Assembly: GCF_023055435.1 (NCBI RefSeq)
Contig: NW_025963813.1
Location: forward strand, 12,710,001 to 12,774,000
Origin: Haliotis rufescens
Lineage: Eukaryota
Direction: 5' to 3'
Length of the DNA: 64,000 bases
A model generated the notes under the pieces. The model ran no database searches, was not told the DNA's origin, and was given only the letters and a program-made list of their open reading frames with translations. How positions within the stretch are numbered: position 1 is the first letter of the stretch; each line of letters begins with the position of its first letter. A program made the translations under genes and the position numbers. This document shows positions 63,596-64,000 of the stretch, piece by piece.

Positions 63596-64000
63596 GTAAA
63601 AGGCGACTATGCTTGTTGTAAAAGGCGACTAACGGGATCGGGTGGTCAGGCTCGCTGACTTGGTTGATGCATGTCATCGATCTCAATTGCGCGGATCGAT
63701 GCTCATGATATCAATCACTGGATTGTCTGGTCCAGACTCGATTATTTACAGACCGCCGTCATTTAGCTGGAATATTGCTGAGTGCGGCGTTAAACAACAA
63801 ACCAACCAACCAACATGATGCATGTTAGTTTCAGTGAGACTTCACTGGACATTGGCAATCCTAGCAACTGTGATTAAAGTCACTCAATTACAATGAATCG
63901 CTACGCGGATTAACAGTATACACACTGGCTTTTTCGTTTATACCTCCATAATCGCAAAAAAAAATATTTTAGTAAAATATTAAATGAATTAAATACATTT

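Noticed and set aside
63381-63599. 72-aa ORF with 8-residue periodicity
   Set aside because: Degenerate 24-bp repeat with a stop just upstream and no exon boundaries; truncated by a family C insertion.

Overview
This is eukaryotic (animal) genomic DNA: AT-rich, intron-rich and repeat-dense. The SINE, MITE and Helentron repertoire with (ACTC)n and (AAAC)n tails suggests a mollusc, plausibly an abalone-like gastropod (inference). Two complete spliced genes sit head-to-head with about 0.9 kb between start codons. MRPL20 is on the minus strand (5 coding exons, 25693->21694, 145 aa). PGD, 6-phosphogluconate dehydrogenase, is on the plus strand (14 coding exons, 26609->60657, 484 aa). All introns of both genes are GT-AG and in phase. 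The first ~18 kb probably holds the 3' end of an unidentified plus-strand gene, with an acidic terminal exon near 2946-3055 and several other candidate terminal exons. The rest is four SINE-like families, MITEs, a Helentron-like element, a decayed Tc1 transposase and many minisatellites. Four observations stand out. (1) A ~2.4 kb 45-bp array is built from the PGD exon-3 splice junction itself and carries dozens of decoy AG|GTGG acceptors. (2) A ~1 kb composite retro-insertion copied from PGD intron 3 landed on the exon-13 acceptor, whose sequence became the target-site duplication. (3) Unrelated tandem arrays end just upstream of 7 of 13 PGD acceptors. (4) One SINE-like family has a fixed, non-tRNA, pseudoknot-forming 5' end that could be a self-processing RNA. 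Most ORFs in the supplied track are spurious.
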